A stretch of 63,649 nt of DNA, counting the filler, from Octopus bimaculoides (taxonomy: Eukaryota), in the NCBI RefSeq assembly GCF_001194135.2. It is 6 parts of 6 records of this genome, joined end to end, with 100 filler letters (N's around TTAATTAATTAA, not from the genome) between each part and the next. Parts side by side here need not be neighbours in the genome. Positions count along the whole stretch, not along the records: positions 25,413 to 27,884 come from NC_069007.1; positions 27,985 to 47,249 come from NC_069010.1; 4 more parts are not named here. The stretch is one strand, 5' to 3'. The position numbers and the translations under genes were made by a program. Below the pieces are notes generated by a model, which was not told the origin of the DNA, searched no databases, and saw only the letters and a program-made list of their open reading frames with translations. Numbering within the stretch: position 1 is the first letter of the stretch; the number at the start of each line of letters is the position of its first letter. Shown piece by piece: positions 25,507 through 39,604 of this stretch.

Positions 25507-26134
25507 TACACACACACATATATATACATACATAGAGTTGGCAGAAAGAGGGAGAAAAAGAAACAAGACAGACAGTCAGACCACTGGCCACTTGGTATAT
25601 CCCTACCAACTGTGACAAACAGTAGTAGACCATTTAGTAACAGCCAGGGGGTGAAAAGAAACAGGGAAGGGGTAGGGGTGCCATACGTACCGCCCCACCC
25701 ACCCACTTTTCAATGTTTACACTAACTCTAAACTCATAAACCAGATTTTGATTGTGTTGGAATTAAATTTGGTAATTAGGGTAATTTAATTAGGAACAAC
25801 AATAGTAGTAGTGGTGGTGGTGGTGATGGAAGTGGTGGTGGTCGTCATTGTCGTCGTGGTTATGGTGGTAGTGGTGATAGTAGTGATAGTAGAAGCGGTG
25901 GTGGTAGAGGTGGTGGTGGTGATGGAAGTAGTAATAGTAGTAGTGATAGTGGTGGTAGTCACAGTTGTAGTAGTAGATGTGGTGGTGGTGGTGGTAGTAG
26001 AAGTAGTGATGGTAATAAGTGGTTGATCTAATTGCTCCAGCATGACCACAATCTAATTGACAAACTAGCAGTCAAAATAATGGTTTTTAATTTTTGGAAC
26101 ACACACACATGTAATTAACACAACAAGTACTTAC

Positions 26135-26232
26135 ATCATTTGTTGAATTTCACACGTAAACCATTGCGATGGTGTAACTTTGGCCCCTGCGGTTGGTGAC
26201 ATTGGTAAGTTGTGGACATCTTTCGAACACAT
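26135..26232 (-). CDS. Orphan exon candidate (98 nt, phase 0 to 2)
   Basis: Pyrimidine-rich acceptor TTTCATCTCACTTCCCCCCTATATTCAG and perfect GTAAGT donor. The only open frame is MCSKDVHNLPMSPTAGAKVTPSQWFTCEIQQM. Confidence 0.4.
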
Positions 26233-26569
26233 CTGAATATAGGGGGGAAGTGAGATGAAAAAAAATAAAGGTAAATGAAAAAAAAAATAAATAAACTGGT
26301 GGGAAATATATAAATTATTTTTAAGCAGATATTTATTAAATTCATTCCAAATCTCATAAATAACCAGTTTGAGACAGAAAGGATAAACAGACCAAGGGCA
26401 GAACTTGAATAATACAAGGAGGCACCCATAAGTAACCAGATATGTTCTCCATGGGACAAGTCCGTTTCCACCACTAGAAGCCATTTGATGTGACCCTCAG
26501 GCATCAGTCTACTAACCAGCGTCATCAAATTGACGTCCTATTGCTATATGGTGCATCTTTATTTTACTC

Positions 26570-26830
26570 TGCTTCTCATGGGCATGTGTTGAGGAGGGTG
26601 CTTGAGTTTGAGGCAAACAGACTGGGAAAGTGAGGTAGACCGAGGTAAACATGAAGGGGACAGGTGGAGGAGGAGGAGATTGGGAGCGTTGGCTTGAGAA
26701 GGGAGGACGCTCGAAACTGGGCAAGATGGCGAGATGCTGTGAGGGCAGTTGCTATGGCATTGAGGTAGATCCGACCACCCTCGTTGATGGGGACAAAAAC
26801 CGGATTTAAAACACTGGATGATGATGATGA
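26570..26830 (+). mobile_element. RTE-type LINE 3' end
   Basis: Degenerate GRPR-like and GLRREDARNWARWRDAVRAV peptides, then a 3'UTR ending in (GAT)n. Confidence 0.6.
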
Positions 26831-26870
26831 CATATATGTGTGTGTGTGTGTGCACATATATAATGCTATA

Positions 26871-26922
<52 letters not shown>

Positions 26923-27763
26923 TACACATATATACATATATATATATTATCTTTATCTTATGATATTTACTTTGTTTTATATTATNNNNNNNNNNNNNNN
27001 NNNNNNNNNNNNNNNNNNNNNNNNNNNNNNNNNNNNNNNNNNNNNNNNNNNNNNNNNNNNNNNNNNNNNNNNNNNNNNNNNNNNNNNNNNNNNNNNNNNN
27101 NNNNNNNNNNNNNNNNNNNNNNNNNNNNNNNNNNNNNNNNNNNNNNNNNNNNNNNNNNNNNNNNNNNNNNNNNNNNNNNNNNNNNNNNNNNNNNNNNNNN
27201 NNNNNNNNNNNNNNNNNNNNNNNNNNNNNNNNNNNNNNNNNNNNNNNNNNNNNNNNNNNNNNNNNNNNNNNNNNNNNNNNNNNNNNNNNNNNNNNNNNNN
27301 NNNNNNNNNNNNNNNNNNNNNNNNTGAGGGGAGGGGATTTTGTTGGATAAAATCATGATTAACTGATTCTGTTGTATTTTCTTTTACCTAAAGCCAGGAA
27401 CTTTTCAGCCCCACCCCTCATGTGTGTGTGTGTCTGTCTGTCTGTCTGTGTGCGTGTGTGAGTGTGTGTGTGTACACGCACATATAGAAAGTGAGAAAGA
27501 GAGAGAGAGAGAGAGGGAGAGAGAGAGAGAGACAGACAGACAGAGACAAACACAGACACAGACCAAGACATCCACGTCTGACCTACAAAAGAGCAAGGCC
27601 TGTCTGTTACTAGCACTAAATATAACCTAGAATGAAATGACATAACCTTGATTAACGAGGTGGTTGGCTGGGTCATTGGTGATGGTCGTGGAGGTAGTGG
27701 GGAGAGATGCACGTGTGTGTGTGTGTGTGACAAGAGAAGTTAAATCCACTGTGTTAACAGCTG

Positions 27764-27801
<38 letters not shown>

Positions 27802-27928
27802 ATATAAATCTACACCATATATATCATGTGTGTGTATATACATATATATAACATATGTGTGTGTATATCATATATATATATATANNNNNNNNNNNNNNNN
27901 NNNNNNNNNNNNNNNNNNNNNNNNNNNN

Positions 27929-27940
27929 TTAATTAATTAA
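27929..27940. other. Artificial six-frame-stop linker in a 100-bp spacer
   Basis: N44-TTAATTAATTAA-N44. Confidence 0.9.
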
Positions 27941-28084
27941 NNNNNNNNNNNNNNNNNNNNNNNNNNNNNNNNNNNNNNNNNNNNATATATATATATATAT
28001 ATATACATACATTCATATATATGCATACATACATACATATATATATATATGTTTGTGTGTGTGTGCGCATGTATACGTGTATAT

Positions 28085-28290
28085 GTTTGTGTGTCTATGT
28101 TTGTACCCACCATCGCTTCACAACCGATGTTGGTGTGTTTGCGTCCCCGTAACTTAGTTCTTCGGCAAAAGCGACCGATAGAATAAGTACTAGGCTTACA
28201 AGTAATGAGTCCTGAGTTGGTTTAGTCGATAAAAGCGATGCACCAGCATAGTCCCGTCAAAATGACTAAAACAAATAAAAGAATCTAAAT
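28085..28290 (+). mobile_element. SINE family B 3' portion
   Basis: CACCATCGCTTCACAACCGATG...GATAGAATAAGTACTAGGCTTAC. Confidence 0.8.
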
Positions 28291-28407
28291 AAAGACTGGA
28301 AAATTTGATGTATTTTGAATTCTATGTTACAACACCCTAACCATTAGGCTATGTGCGCTCACTACATACATCCAAGCATATATACATACATACATACATA
28401 CATACAT

Positions 28408-28449
<42 letters not shown>

Positions 28450-28464
28450 TGTGTCGAGTAACAT

Positions 28465-28598
28465 CGTTAGGAATGAGAACCCAGTTTCGAAATTTCCCCA
28501 AGACACCTGACGAAGGCTGGAGGGTATCTCAGCCGAAATGTTGTTTTAACAACAAACAAGATGACAAATATCCGTCAAATGTAAATAATGTAAATTCC
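28465..28598 (+). mobile_element. Short hammerhead-bearing element, copy 2, between ~120-140-bp direct repeats
   Basis: CTGACGA at 28507-28513, GGCTG/CAGCC stem II, GAAA at 28535-28538. Flanking repeats start at 28308 and 28599. Confidence 0.65.
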
Positions 28599-28686
28599 AT
28601 GTATTTTGAATTCTATGTTACAACACCCTAACCATTAGGCTATGTGCGCTCGCTACATACATACATGCATACATACATACATACAT

Positions 28687-28721
<35 letters not shown>

Positions 28722-29709
28722 AGCAGATAGATACACACTATACACACGCACAGACTGACACCCATACACACACACATATATACACGTCTATACTCACAAT
28801 TGGGATGAGAGAACGATTTCAACCGCTAAATACCCCTCGACCTCTTATTTATCAACCAGAGTCTGTGTTAGATATTTATCGACACAAGGTGCTAAGGATG
28901 AGTTTGGACACGGGAATCGTTAATTACCAAATGGACTTGATAAGTACCAACCGTTTATCTAATCAATTTCGATGTAAAACGAACTGTCCATTCCCTAAAA
29001 CAAGTACAACCGTCATGTGTGGCCTCCCATGGAATATTTTATTGTAATATATATTGTATTACAAGCTTAAAAGCCGCCCTGTCGGGCAGCTTTGAAGCTA
29101 GCTCCTGTGGAGGGCTCTTCATAGGGTCTTGGTCCCAACAATAACACTTCATGCATTGAATACATATTAAATTTTATTAAACTTGACCAATATTTTTCAA
29201 GCAATGAACAATTTTCATCAAAAGAATGATAGAATTTGTTGACTTGGAACTTATTGCAAAGCTGAATGATAGACAACATTTTTTGTCTTCCCATTCGGGG
29301 GTCAGTACAGTTTATTTTTTCTCTACCCTCTTTCTTTCTCTCTCTGTTTCTGTTGATTGTTTTCCACCATCACCATCACCAGTACCACCACCATCGCCAC
29401 CACAACTGCAATACACACGCCATTCAGATTTCTGACGCCACTACCATCAATTCTTTTGACTGTGCCGCCTTTCCCTACACCACCATCGCCTCTGCCTCTA
29501 TCACAACTACAGCTCATACTATTACTATCACCCCATTACCACCACAACCTCCAATCCATTACTGCCCTCACCGTCTCTATGATTACTATTACTCTAAGTA
29601 CAACATGAGGAATAGTAGACGTGTCATCGAATAGTAAATGAAGGAGTGAAAGTGTGACACACTGACACTCAGAAATTCGTTTTGGCATTTATTATTATAG
29701 AATGTAAGG

Positions 29710-30100
29710 TGTTAAACTGGCAGAATCGTTAGCACACTGGACGAAATGCTTAGCGGTATTTCGTCTGCTGCTACGTTCTGAGTTCAAATTCCGCCGAGGT
29801 CGATAAAGCTAGTACCAGTTACGCACTGGGGTCGATGTAATCGACTTAATCTCTTCCTCTAAATTTGAGGCTTTGTGCTTCCAGTAGAAAGGATTATTAT
29901 AGAGGTTTGAGCTGGCAGAGTCGTTAGCACGCCAGGTAAAATATTTTGTGGCATTTGGTTCCTTTTTATGTTGTGAGTTCAAATTCCACCGAGGTTGACT
30001 CTGCCTTTCATCATTTCGAGATCGATGAAATAAGAGCACCGGGGTTGATGTAATCGATTTACCCCTCCTCCCGAAATTGCTGGCCTTGGACCAAATTTTG
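29710..30100 (+). mobile_element. Two tandem SINE family A copies
   Basis: CTGGCAGAATCGTTAGCAC...GAGTTCAAATTCC at 29718 and ~29912. Confidence 0.8.
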
Positions 30101-30768
30101 AAACTAATATATATTGTATTAAGTTGTGCTGCTGACTAAAGTAACGACTGTCTAATGGGTTAGATGAGTGCTGATAAAAGGGGCAGGAAGCCCTCGAAAT
30201 ATGACATATACGCTCAATACCCATTTTCCTCTTCGATTACATTGTTTGTTTTCATCTGACGTCTCGATACGTAACGTTGTAGGAATAACCTTAACAAAAT
30301 AATGTAAAAAGCACTGGTAACGCAGTAGAACGTGATATTGACTTATAAAAGATATTTAATATAGTTTATAGTATATCATGGCTGTATAACGAAATAGCAC
30401 GTACTTACAACTCATTAATATTTACGTACCAGCTTCAGGAATGCGTTTAGTAGGTTGATTGGTATATCCAATGAGTGAATGCGGTGGCTATATAAGCAGT
30501 ATGGTCGTAGTCGAGAATGGGTTAGACGGGTGCTGATGAAGAGGAAAAACCCTTCACAATATGCCATTACACATTTCGTTTTCGATTTCATAGTTTAAAT
30601 CGGACATCCAGATACGAAACGTTGTAACAAAATTCAGTGTTGGCTAAAATTTCTATTTTATATCTGTAGAAATAACCTTAAGAGAACAATACTAACGTTC
30701 GATCGTTTCATGCTTTAACAATGTATTCCATTGAATAAATTAATTTAATTAGTAACTTCTCTTTACAG

Positions 30769-30891
30769 GTAACACAAAACTCCAAAGGAAATACTAACAT
30801 TAACAACTATGTTCTGGCTGCCAATATTCCTAACATTCCAATAAGCAACCTTGATGAACCAGTTAAAATATCATTCAATTTAATACACCAG
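30769..30891 (+). CDS. Adhesion GPCR exon: GAIN domain C-terminal part
   Basis: TTCTCTTTACAG acceptor, GTAATA donor, phase 0-0. VTQNSKGNTNINNYVLAANIPNIPISNLDEPVKISFNLIHQ matches the GAIN 'I.NL.EPV.I.F' signature. Confidence 0.9.
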
Positions 30892-31273
30892 GTAATAGAT
30901 GTGTATTTATTATTGTTGCTGTTTATATTCATGCATCACTAACCCAGTAGACATATGATGAAACACATCCCAGCCGTGACCACCACATCATTTTAAATAT
31001 TTTCTGAACCACTCCATCCAACATCTTTTTCTTCCATTCTTATGACGATGCAGTGTAAATTATGAGAAAAGACATAGATTTATAAACAAGATGCAATGGT
31101 CAGTTAAACTATGTCACAGCATCTGATATGGAGTTCACAATGTCAATACCAACCAAACATTAATGACCTTGGTATCTTCGATGTTTTTGTAAGTCATAAG
31201 AGACATATCATAATTACATGCATTCTAATTACAAAGTAATTTGATTAAATTAATAGAATTTAATTTGTTTCAG

Positions 31274-31420
31274 AATGCTGGCAACCCAGAATGTGTTTAC
31301 TGGGATGAATCTCCAGATGATCCTCGTTGGTCAACAAAAGGCTGTAAGATGTCCGATTATGTACCTGGAAAGAAAGCAGTCTGTTCCTGCGACCATCTTA
31401 CAAGTTTTGCCTTATTAATG
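31274..31420 (+). CDS. Adhesion GPCR exon: GPS motif with autoproteolysis site
   Basis: NAGNPECVYWDESPDDPRWSTKGCKMSDYVPGKKAVCSCDHL|TSFALLM; TTTCAG acceptor, GT donor, phase 0-0. Confidence 0.95.
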
Positions 31421-32218
31421 GTTGGTAACATTATGACAAGTTGTTAATTACTTGTAATTTGGCAGTTATGTCATTGCATCAAAAATTTTAAAAGAGTTGT
31501 ATAATAACATACACACAAGACTTTGTGTTGGAGGATATCTTGGTAAATATATAAGGTTGATATATTGTAAAACGCCACTGTTGTTTTTGTTGCCATTGCT
31601 GTTGTTTATAGTTTATACTCAGGATGATGCCTTTTAAATGCACGAAGCTACCATTCTTAATTCCATTGCATGGTGATTCCTCCAGCGTTTATATGAATGG
31701 CATAGAGGTTGTCAGAGTCATCTTTCTTGATTTAAATATCTTCATTTATGTTGAGGTGTGTTTGTTGCCCAGACATTAAACTCTGGTCCCTTCATGATTC
31801 TGTTACAAGATCTTTCCTCTAGTTCATGGGATTTCTTCGCCCTAGACTTTCATGTCAGTAATATACATAGAATATACATCTATCAAATACCTGTCAGTTA
31901 ATACCTCTGCTACCTACAGCAGTAAACCATTCCCCTATCTATGGTAAATATTTCAACCTGAAGGAAAAGCTGAAATACAAAACATGTTAGTTAAGTCCAT
32001 ATGAGTTCTACTGATATCACAAGGATGGAGATTAAACAGCTAGGTCACTGTTAATGTCTCTATTATTGTCAGCGTTGTAAGGAACATTAATAATACAACA
32101 TGCAAACGTCCTCATCTCCTACACCGACATTATACACATTTGTTATATAAATGTTAACTAACATATAAGAAAAGAGGACGAGGTGGAGCTAAACTATGGT
32201 TGTTTGTTTCTATTCTAG

Positions 32219-32340
32219 GATGTCTACTCGAATGAGGACGATATAAAAACTGTTAAACCCTTATCTGTTATATCTAACATTGGCTGTGGAATATCATTTG
32301 TCTGTCTTGTTCTTACAGTAATAATTCACGTTTGTTTCAG
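32219..32340 (+). CDS. Adhesion GPCR exon: Stachel end and TM1
   Basis: DVYSNEDDIKTVKPLSVISNIGCGISFVCLVLTVIIHVCF(R); TTCTAG acceptor, GTAAGC donor, phase 0-2. Confidence 0.93.
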
Positions 32341-34128
32341 GTAAGCATTTCAATTTCTATTATTTTTTATAAACTGTTCAAATACAAAGAGACAGGCTGG
32401 TAAGCTCGATGTGGTCGATGTTTGCACGAAAAACATGGGTCAGGAAAGAATTCAAAAATATTTACTGGACACATATTTTAGTGTAGGATTTGGAATTGAC
32501 CGCTGTTATGATGACACGAGAAACGAAAAGGAGAGAGGATAATCTACTTTGCTTGTTTAAGCAGAATTAGTTTATAGTTTGATTATTCAGAAAAAGCATA
32601 GAACTATACAATGGTGAAATTAGTGACTCTGTCTCTGCTATTAATACTAATTGCAGTCGCAAAATTATGTTCACACATTTGATATCCAATTTGTGTAATC
32701 TTTCTGGTAAGTTACGTCTAATTTTCCTTTCTATCGTTTATTCGTTTCATCGTAAACAAATTCGGAATAATACAAAACATCCCAGGACACCGTTAGATTT
32801 CATGAAGAAATCGGGTGTTATGTTAACATAAATTTATGACTCTCTTTTTAAACAAACACAAAGGGAGCCCATCCTCTATATGGTCATTTACTATGCTAGA
32901 AATAGCAGGAATCCTAGGATGCCATATAGCCATATAAACAAATTCAAATCGGATGATTTGTTTTATTTCAAAAACTGCCAATATCTATGAAAAAATGCAT
33001 TTTATGAAAAATATACATTTAACAAATTCCAGAAGGAAAAAAGGTGGAATAGGCCTCAAAAGTGATTTTTCTAACTTAATTGTATATTACATCATTAAAA
33101 CGTGAATTTAGGATGAAAACCAAATTCCGATATAATTTACATCATCTGAAAGTTATCTGAAGAGAAATTTACTAAAAAATACTTACTTTTCTGAAAGTTA
33201 TGAAGTAACAAATAGAGGAAATACTTGAGTGGAAAGATGATAATGCTTGTATATATTTGGTACAAATGGTGTAAATAATTACAATCAGTTTTGAAATCCA
33301 AAGCTGATTATTGTCACAAATTGTAATCAGCTTTGTATTTCTCCAACAAAACCCAACAGATATGGAAGGATACTGGAATCAATATGGTTTGATCGATACC
33401 TGATTAAACTTTCTGTAGAAAGTGTAGCAGTAAATATTTGCGCAACTTTTATCCAGAAATGAAAAAAAAACAGCGAAGTTAAAAAAAACTCTATCGCGCA
33501 ATGTAAGATGTCACAATCAATAAACATTACTTTTGCGATTAAATCCTAAAGCTGAAATGTTAACTAATAAAAGAGAACAACTCAGAGAGATTCCTGCTTT
33601 TTTTACCGACGTATGTAGAGAAGCATCATTCCCTTTGCTTGGCCGGATACATGCGTGTTCGTGTTGGTAAGGTGAAGATTCTATTTATTTATATATGTTG
33701 ATACTATACTATGCTGACGAACGGAAACTAGATTTCATTTTGGTAATCGTGAAATCGGTCGATACATAGTTGAGTTTGTGTTTTTTTTTTAAATGTTGGT
33801 TTCTTTCAAAAGTTGTTTTCCTCGCATTTGGTACTAAAATGTGTTTATTTGGGAAGTCTAGTGTGTGGCATTATTCTGTAGTGATGCCCTTTAAATATAT
33901 ATAAACGAATAAGTGTATTCTTGGGAATAGAAAGTTCCCTTACGAATTTGTTTGCACACTAGCTTCCTGATAAAATTCTTGTAAAAGATTTTATCCTTTT
34001 TTTCATTTTATTANNNNNNNNNNNNNNNNNNNNNNNNNNNNNNNNNNNNNNNNNNNNNNNNNNNNNNNNNNNTATATATATATATATATATATATGTATA
34101 AATGTACGTATGTATGTTTGTATTCATT

Positions 34129-34159
<31 letters not shown>

Positions 34160-35231
34160 TCAAAGTAAACTCTGTAATCGGTACCAATATAGCATGAGAT
34201 TTCACCTCAAAATATCTAAATTAGATTCCTTAAGGATCGTTCTCTTTCTTTATATATCCAAAGTAATAACAGCTGCTAGGAAATCTTTTATTAGTTTTAA
34301 CGATAAAATATGGATAGGAATGGATACACTAGAGGCTTTCGATGTCCCCATGGGAAGCTCGGACTCATCACAAATAGCTGATATGATAGGTTCCTTTATT
34401 CTCTATGAATTAAATGATCAATTACCTATGATTAGGGGGTGGTCTATATAGAGATGACTGCCTTATATATGTTACGAATAACTCTAAGCAGGAACTGCAG
34501 AGGATTATGGGTAGACTGGCTAGATTTTTTAGTAGAATGGGGATGAGCATAGTTTATGAAGATGATACTTGGGTAGCAATTTTTTAGATGTAACATTAAA
34601 TATAAAAAATGAGACATATAGGCCATATCATAAACCTTTAACTAACCTAAAGTATATAAATAAATCAAGTAATCATCCTAGAGCTATTATTGATAATTTA
34701 GTTTAAAATATTTCATTAAGACTCTCCAGATTATCTGCTAATAATAGGGTTTTTAATAATGAAGCTCAATTCTATAATTCAGCATTAAATAAGGCAGGTT
34801 ATAGAAACAAGGTTTACTATATTGAAAATGATAGCAACAAAGTTAAGGCAGATAACAATAAAAGCAATAAGAATAAACTCAATGAAAATAAGAGAAATAA
34901 ACCCAAGAATTTCCATAAACATAACATAGGTAATTTAAATTTTTTTAAGAATGATATTCGTAATTCTGATAATAATAAAGATGATAATGTTTGGTTCATA
35001 ATCCCGTTTGGGAGGAATATCAAAAGTAACTTGATTGCAAAGTTTAGAGAGGTAATAAGCAGACATTTCCCAAAGAATTCACACTATGGTAAAATTATTA
35101 ATACACATATCATTAGATTTGGATTTTCAAATACTATAAATTTAGCACAAATAATTGCAGCCCATAATTTTAAAATACTAAAATCTAAAGAAATAAGGGT
35201 GGATAGGGATTTGAACTATGATATAAATAGC

Positions 35232-35281
<50 letters not shown>

Positions 35282-35295
35282 TGATGATGATGATG

Positions 35296-35355
<60 letters not shown>

Positions 35356-35830
35356 GCGGTATTATTAATAATAATGATAATGTTTGTAATAGTAGGAATT
35401 TGATTACAGTAACGAAGGTCAACCCTAGAAGATTGAAATTTTAAGGACGTAATGCGAGGGTTAAAAATGTAGTAAGGTAAGGACTCAAACAGATGCTAGA
35501 AGATACCTGGGATGTACTTCAGGACAAATATGTAAAAGAATATCTAATCATTTTAATACGTTTAGAGATAGAAGGAAAATAGCAAGCACTAGTCTTAGTA
35601 AATACATCTGGGAACTCAAAGAACAAAATAAGCCATATTGGTTAGAATGGTCGATTATTGCGAGATCTTTCCCATATGAGAGGGGTAAGAAATACTGTTC
35701 GCTATGTACCCTAGAGCTTTATTTCATATATTCTTTAAGGGTAAGTTGATAAATAAACTAACAAATAATGCTCTGAAATGTACACATATTTTAAGACATA
35801 CTTTTCGTTGGTTTAAATAAAATTGAAATA
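34160..35830 (+). mobile_element. Degenerate Penelope-like retroelement (RT plus C-terminal GIY-YIG), intronic
   Basis: FDVPMGSSDSSQIAD, LYRDD, KYINKSSNHP, RHFPKNSHYGKIIN, YLGCTSG, SLSKYIWELKE...WSII...CSLC. Stops, frameshifts and an internal (AAT)n. Confidence 0.85.
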
Positions 35831-35989
35831 TGACAAGGTATTATAATGAATTATACCATAGTTGTTAGTCCATAGACAGATCATAATAATATAATTTACT
35901 AATTGCAGCAAGGATTTTCTAAAATCCTTTTAAGATAATATAGTATAGATTCCCATGGTAGTTGAAGATTAGGTATAATGTATAGCAAA

Positions 35990-37040
<1,051 letters not shown>

Positions 37041-38098
37041 TAGGATAATATAATTTATGTGGTTTGAATAATTAATATTAAAAATTTTAGTAATAATTGT
37101 AATAGAGACATAAAATATGGCAAGGAGTTACCTCGCCTATTGGAATTACTTATAAATAGAGAAAAATTAGATTAGACCGGATAAAGCTGGGAAAGCAGTA
37201 TGGATTTTAAATTTTGAATTTTTGATTTTGTTTCGATTAATTCATTATGTGTTTTTTTTTGGGGTGGGGGGTTGTTCTAAAGAAAATTATTCCTGATGAA
37301 GTGTATGGCAACTGATATATTTGACTTATATTTAGTGGTTAAATATAGCTGTATACAGAAATGTTAACATCGGATTAAATACATGGATATAAATATAAAC
37401 ATCGGTGTCAAATCTCTGTCTTAAATGTAAAAATTTAAAACTTTGTATATATATATACATACATGTACGTATGTATGTATGTATGTATTTATATATATGT
37501 ATATATATGTATATAAATATATATATATACATACATATATATGTGTGTGTGTGTGTGTGTGTATGTGTGTATCTATACATATACGTTGGTTCAAAAGTAC
37601 ACCAGACTTTGTATTATCTGTCTTGGCAGTATGTATTAGGAGACATAGCCACATGTATCTACGGTTTAGAGGCTAGCACGTTAGTTTTGGGGACGAGTAA
37701 AAGACATTAATAATCATTGTTTTATGCTTAAAGTGTTATTAAATATTGAGTGATGTAGCTTAATTGCCAGAAACATGCACACAATTCCTTGTTCACTTTT
37801 TTGTTTTAATTATTTTAGTTAATTAGGAAAGGAAGAGATGTCACCTTCGTTGTTCCGTAATCATTTTAATGAAGAAGGCTTATGGTTCATGGAAACGTCT
37901 GTCATAGTGAACAACTAATAGTTAAATATAAGAATGAGAATAAGTTGGGGAAGCGTTTTGATGGACGACAATTTGTTTTGAGGATTTCTCGGAATCATTG
38001 GAAGGCTTCAAACACTATGGAATCTCAAGTAATTCCTTTATTATGAACAATCTCTAATTATCTGTGGCACGTGATGCTGGTGTGCTTATGTGTATATG

Positions 38099-38158
<60 letters not shown>

Positions 38159-39032
38159 NNNNNNNNNNNNNNNNNNNNNNNNNNNNNNNNNNNNNNNNNN
38201 NNNNNNNNNNNNNNNNNNNNNNNNNNNNNNNNNNNNNNNNNNNNNNNNNNNNNNNNNNNNNNNNNNNNNNNNNNNNNNNNNNNNNNNNNNNNNNNNNNNN
38301 NNNNNNNNNNNNNNNNNNNNNNNNNNNNNNNNNNNNNNNNNNNNNNNNNNNNNNNNNNNNNNNNNNNNNNNNNNNNNNNNNNNNNNNNNNNNNNNNNNNN
38401 NNNNNNNNNNNNNNNNNNNNNNNNNNNNNNNNNNNNNNNNNNNNNNNNNNNNNNNNNNNNNNNNNNNNNNNNNNNNNNNNNNNNNNNNNNNNNNNNNNNN
38501 NNNNNNNNNNNNNNNNNNNNNNNNNNNNNNNNNNNNNNNNNNNNNNNNNNNNNNNNNNNNNNNNNNNNNNNNNNNNNNNNNNNNNNNNNNNNNNNNNNNN
38601 NNNNNNNNNNNNNNNNNNNNNNNNNNNNNNNNNNNNNNNNNNNNNNNNNNNNNNNNNNNNNNNNNNNNNNNNNNNNNNNNNNNNNNNNNNNNNNNNNNNN
38701 NNNNNNNNNNNNNNNNNNNNNNNNNNNNNNNNNNNNNNNNNNNNNNNNNNNNNNNNNNNNNNNNNNNNNNNNNNNNNNNNNNNNNNNNNNNNNNNNNNNN
38801 NNNNNNNNNNNNNNNNNNNNNNNNNNNNNNNNNNNNNNNNNNNNNNNNNNNNNNNNNNNNNNNNNNNNNNNNNNNNNNNNNNNNATTAAATATTTATTGA
38901 TTTCAAGATATCATTTATATTCTGACACTCATCTATACACACGGTTGTAATTATTATTTACGCATTCAGTGATTTGTGTTAGAGACTTATACGTCAATAA
39001 CTGAAATATGTATTATTTTTTTATTATTTCAG

Positions 39033-39153
39033 AGATTTAAGGGATTTAATGACTTCAAAGATTTTAGTAAGCTTGTGCTCTTCTTTAGCTGTCTCGAATC
39101 TTATCTTCGTTGTCGGGATGCAATCATACATAAAAGTACTGGCTGTTTGTAAG
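39033..39153 (+). CDS. Adhesion GPCR exon: ICL1, TM2, ECL1
   Basis: (R)DLRDLMTSKILVSLCSSLAVSNLIFVVGMQSYIKVLAVCK; TTATTTCAG acceptor, GTAAGC donor; phase 2-0, compatible with the previous exon. Confidence 0.92.
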
Positions 39154-39530
39154 GTAAGCGAAAAAACTTCTAAGCCATTACATATTTTGTATTATGTTAA
39201 ACGTTATGAATAACAATCTTTTATCTCAAATAGATTTCATCCTGCGTAACATCTTTTTCCACTTTTTTTCCAAGCTCAACGTCTTCGCAGTGTTTTATTT
39301 GTCCAATGCTTTTACGAAAAGATTTCATAAGTTATTATCAGTCACTTCAAGTAGTAAGTGATCACTTTTGAACTCGTCAAATAATATATTTTGTATAACG
39401 TCTTGCACACCTCTCCTTAACATTTATATGAGACGTCTGTCCTAATCCACATGTCTGTATAAACCTCCCGTCCAGCATTCTTTCAATTTTATTGCATCAC
39501 TCTGATTCTTTCAGTCTAATACTATTATTG

Positions 39531-39604
<74 letters not shown>

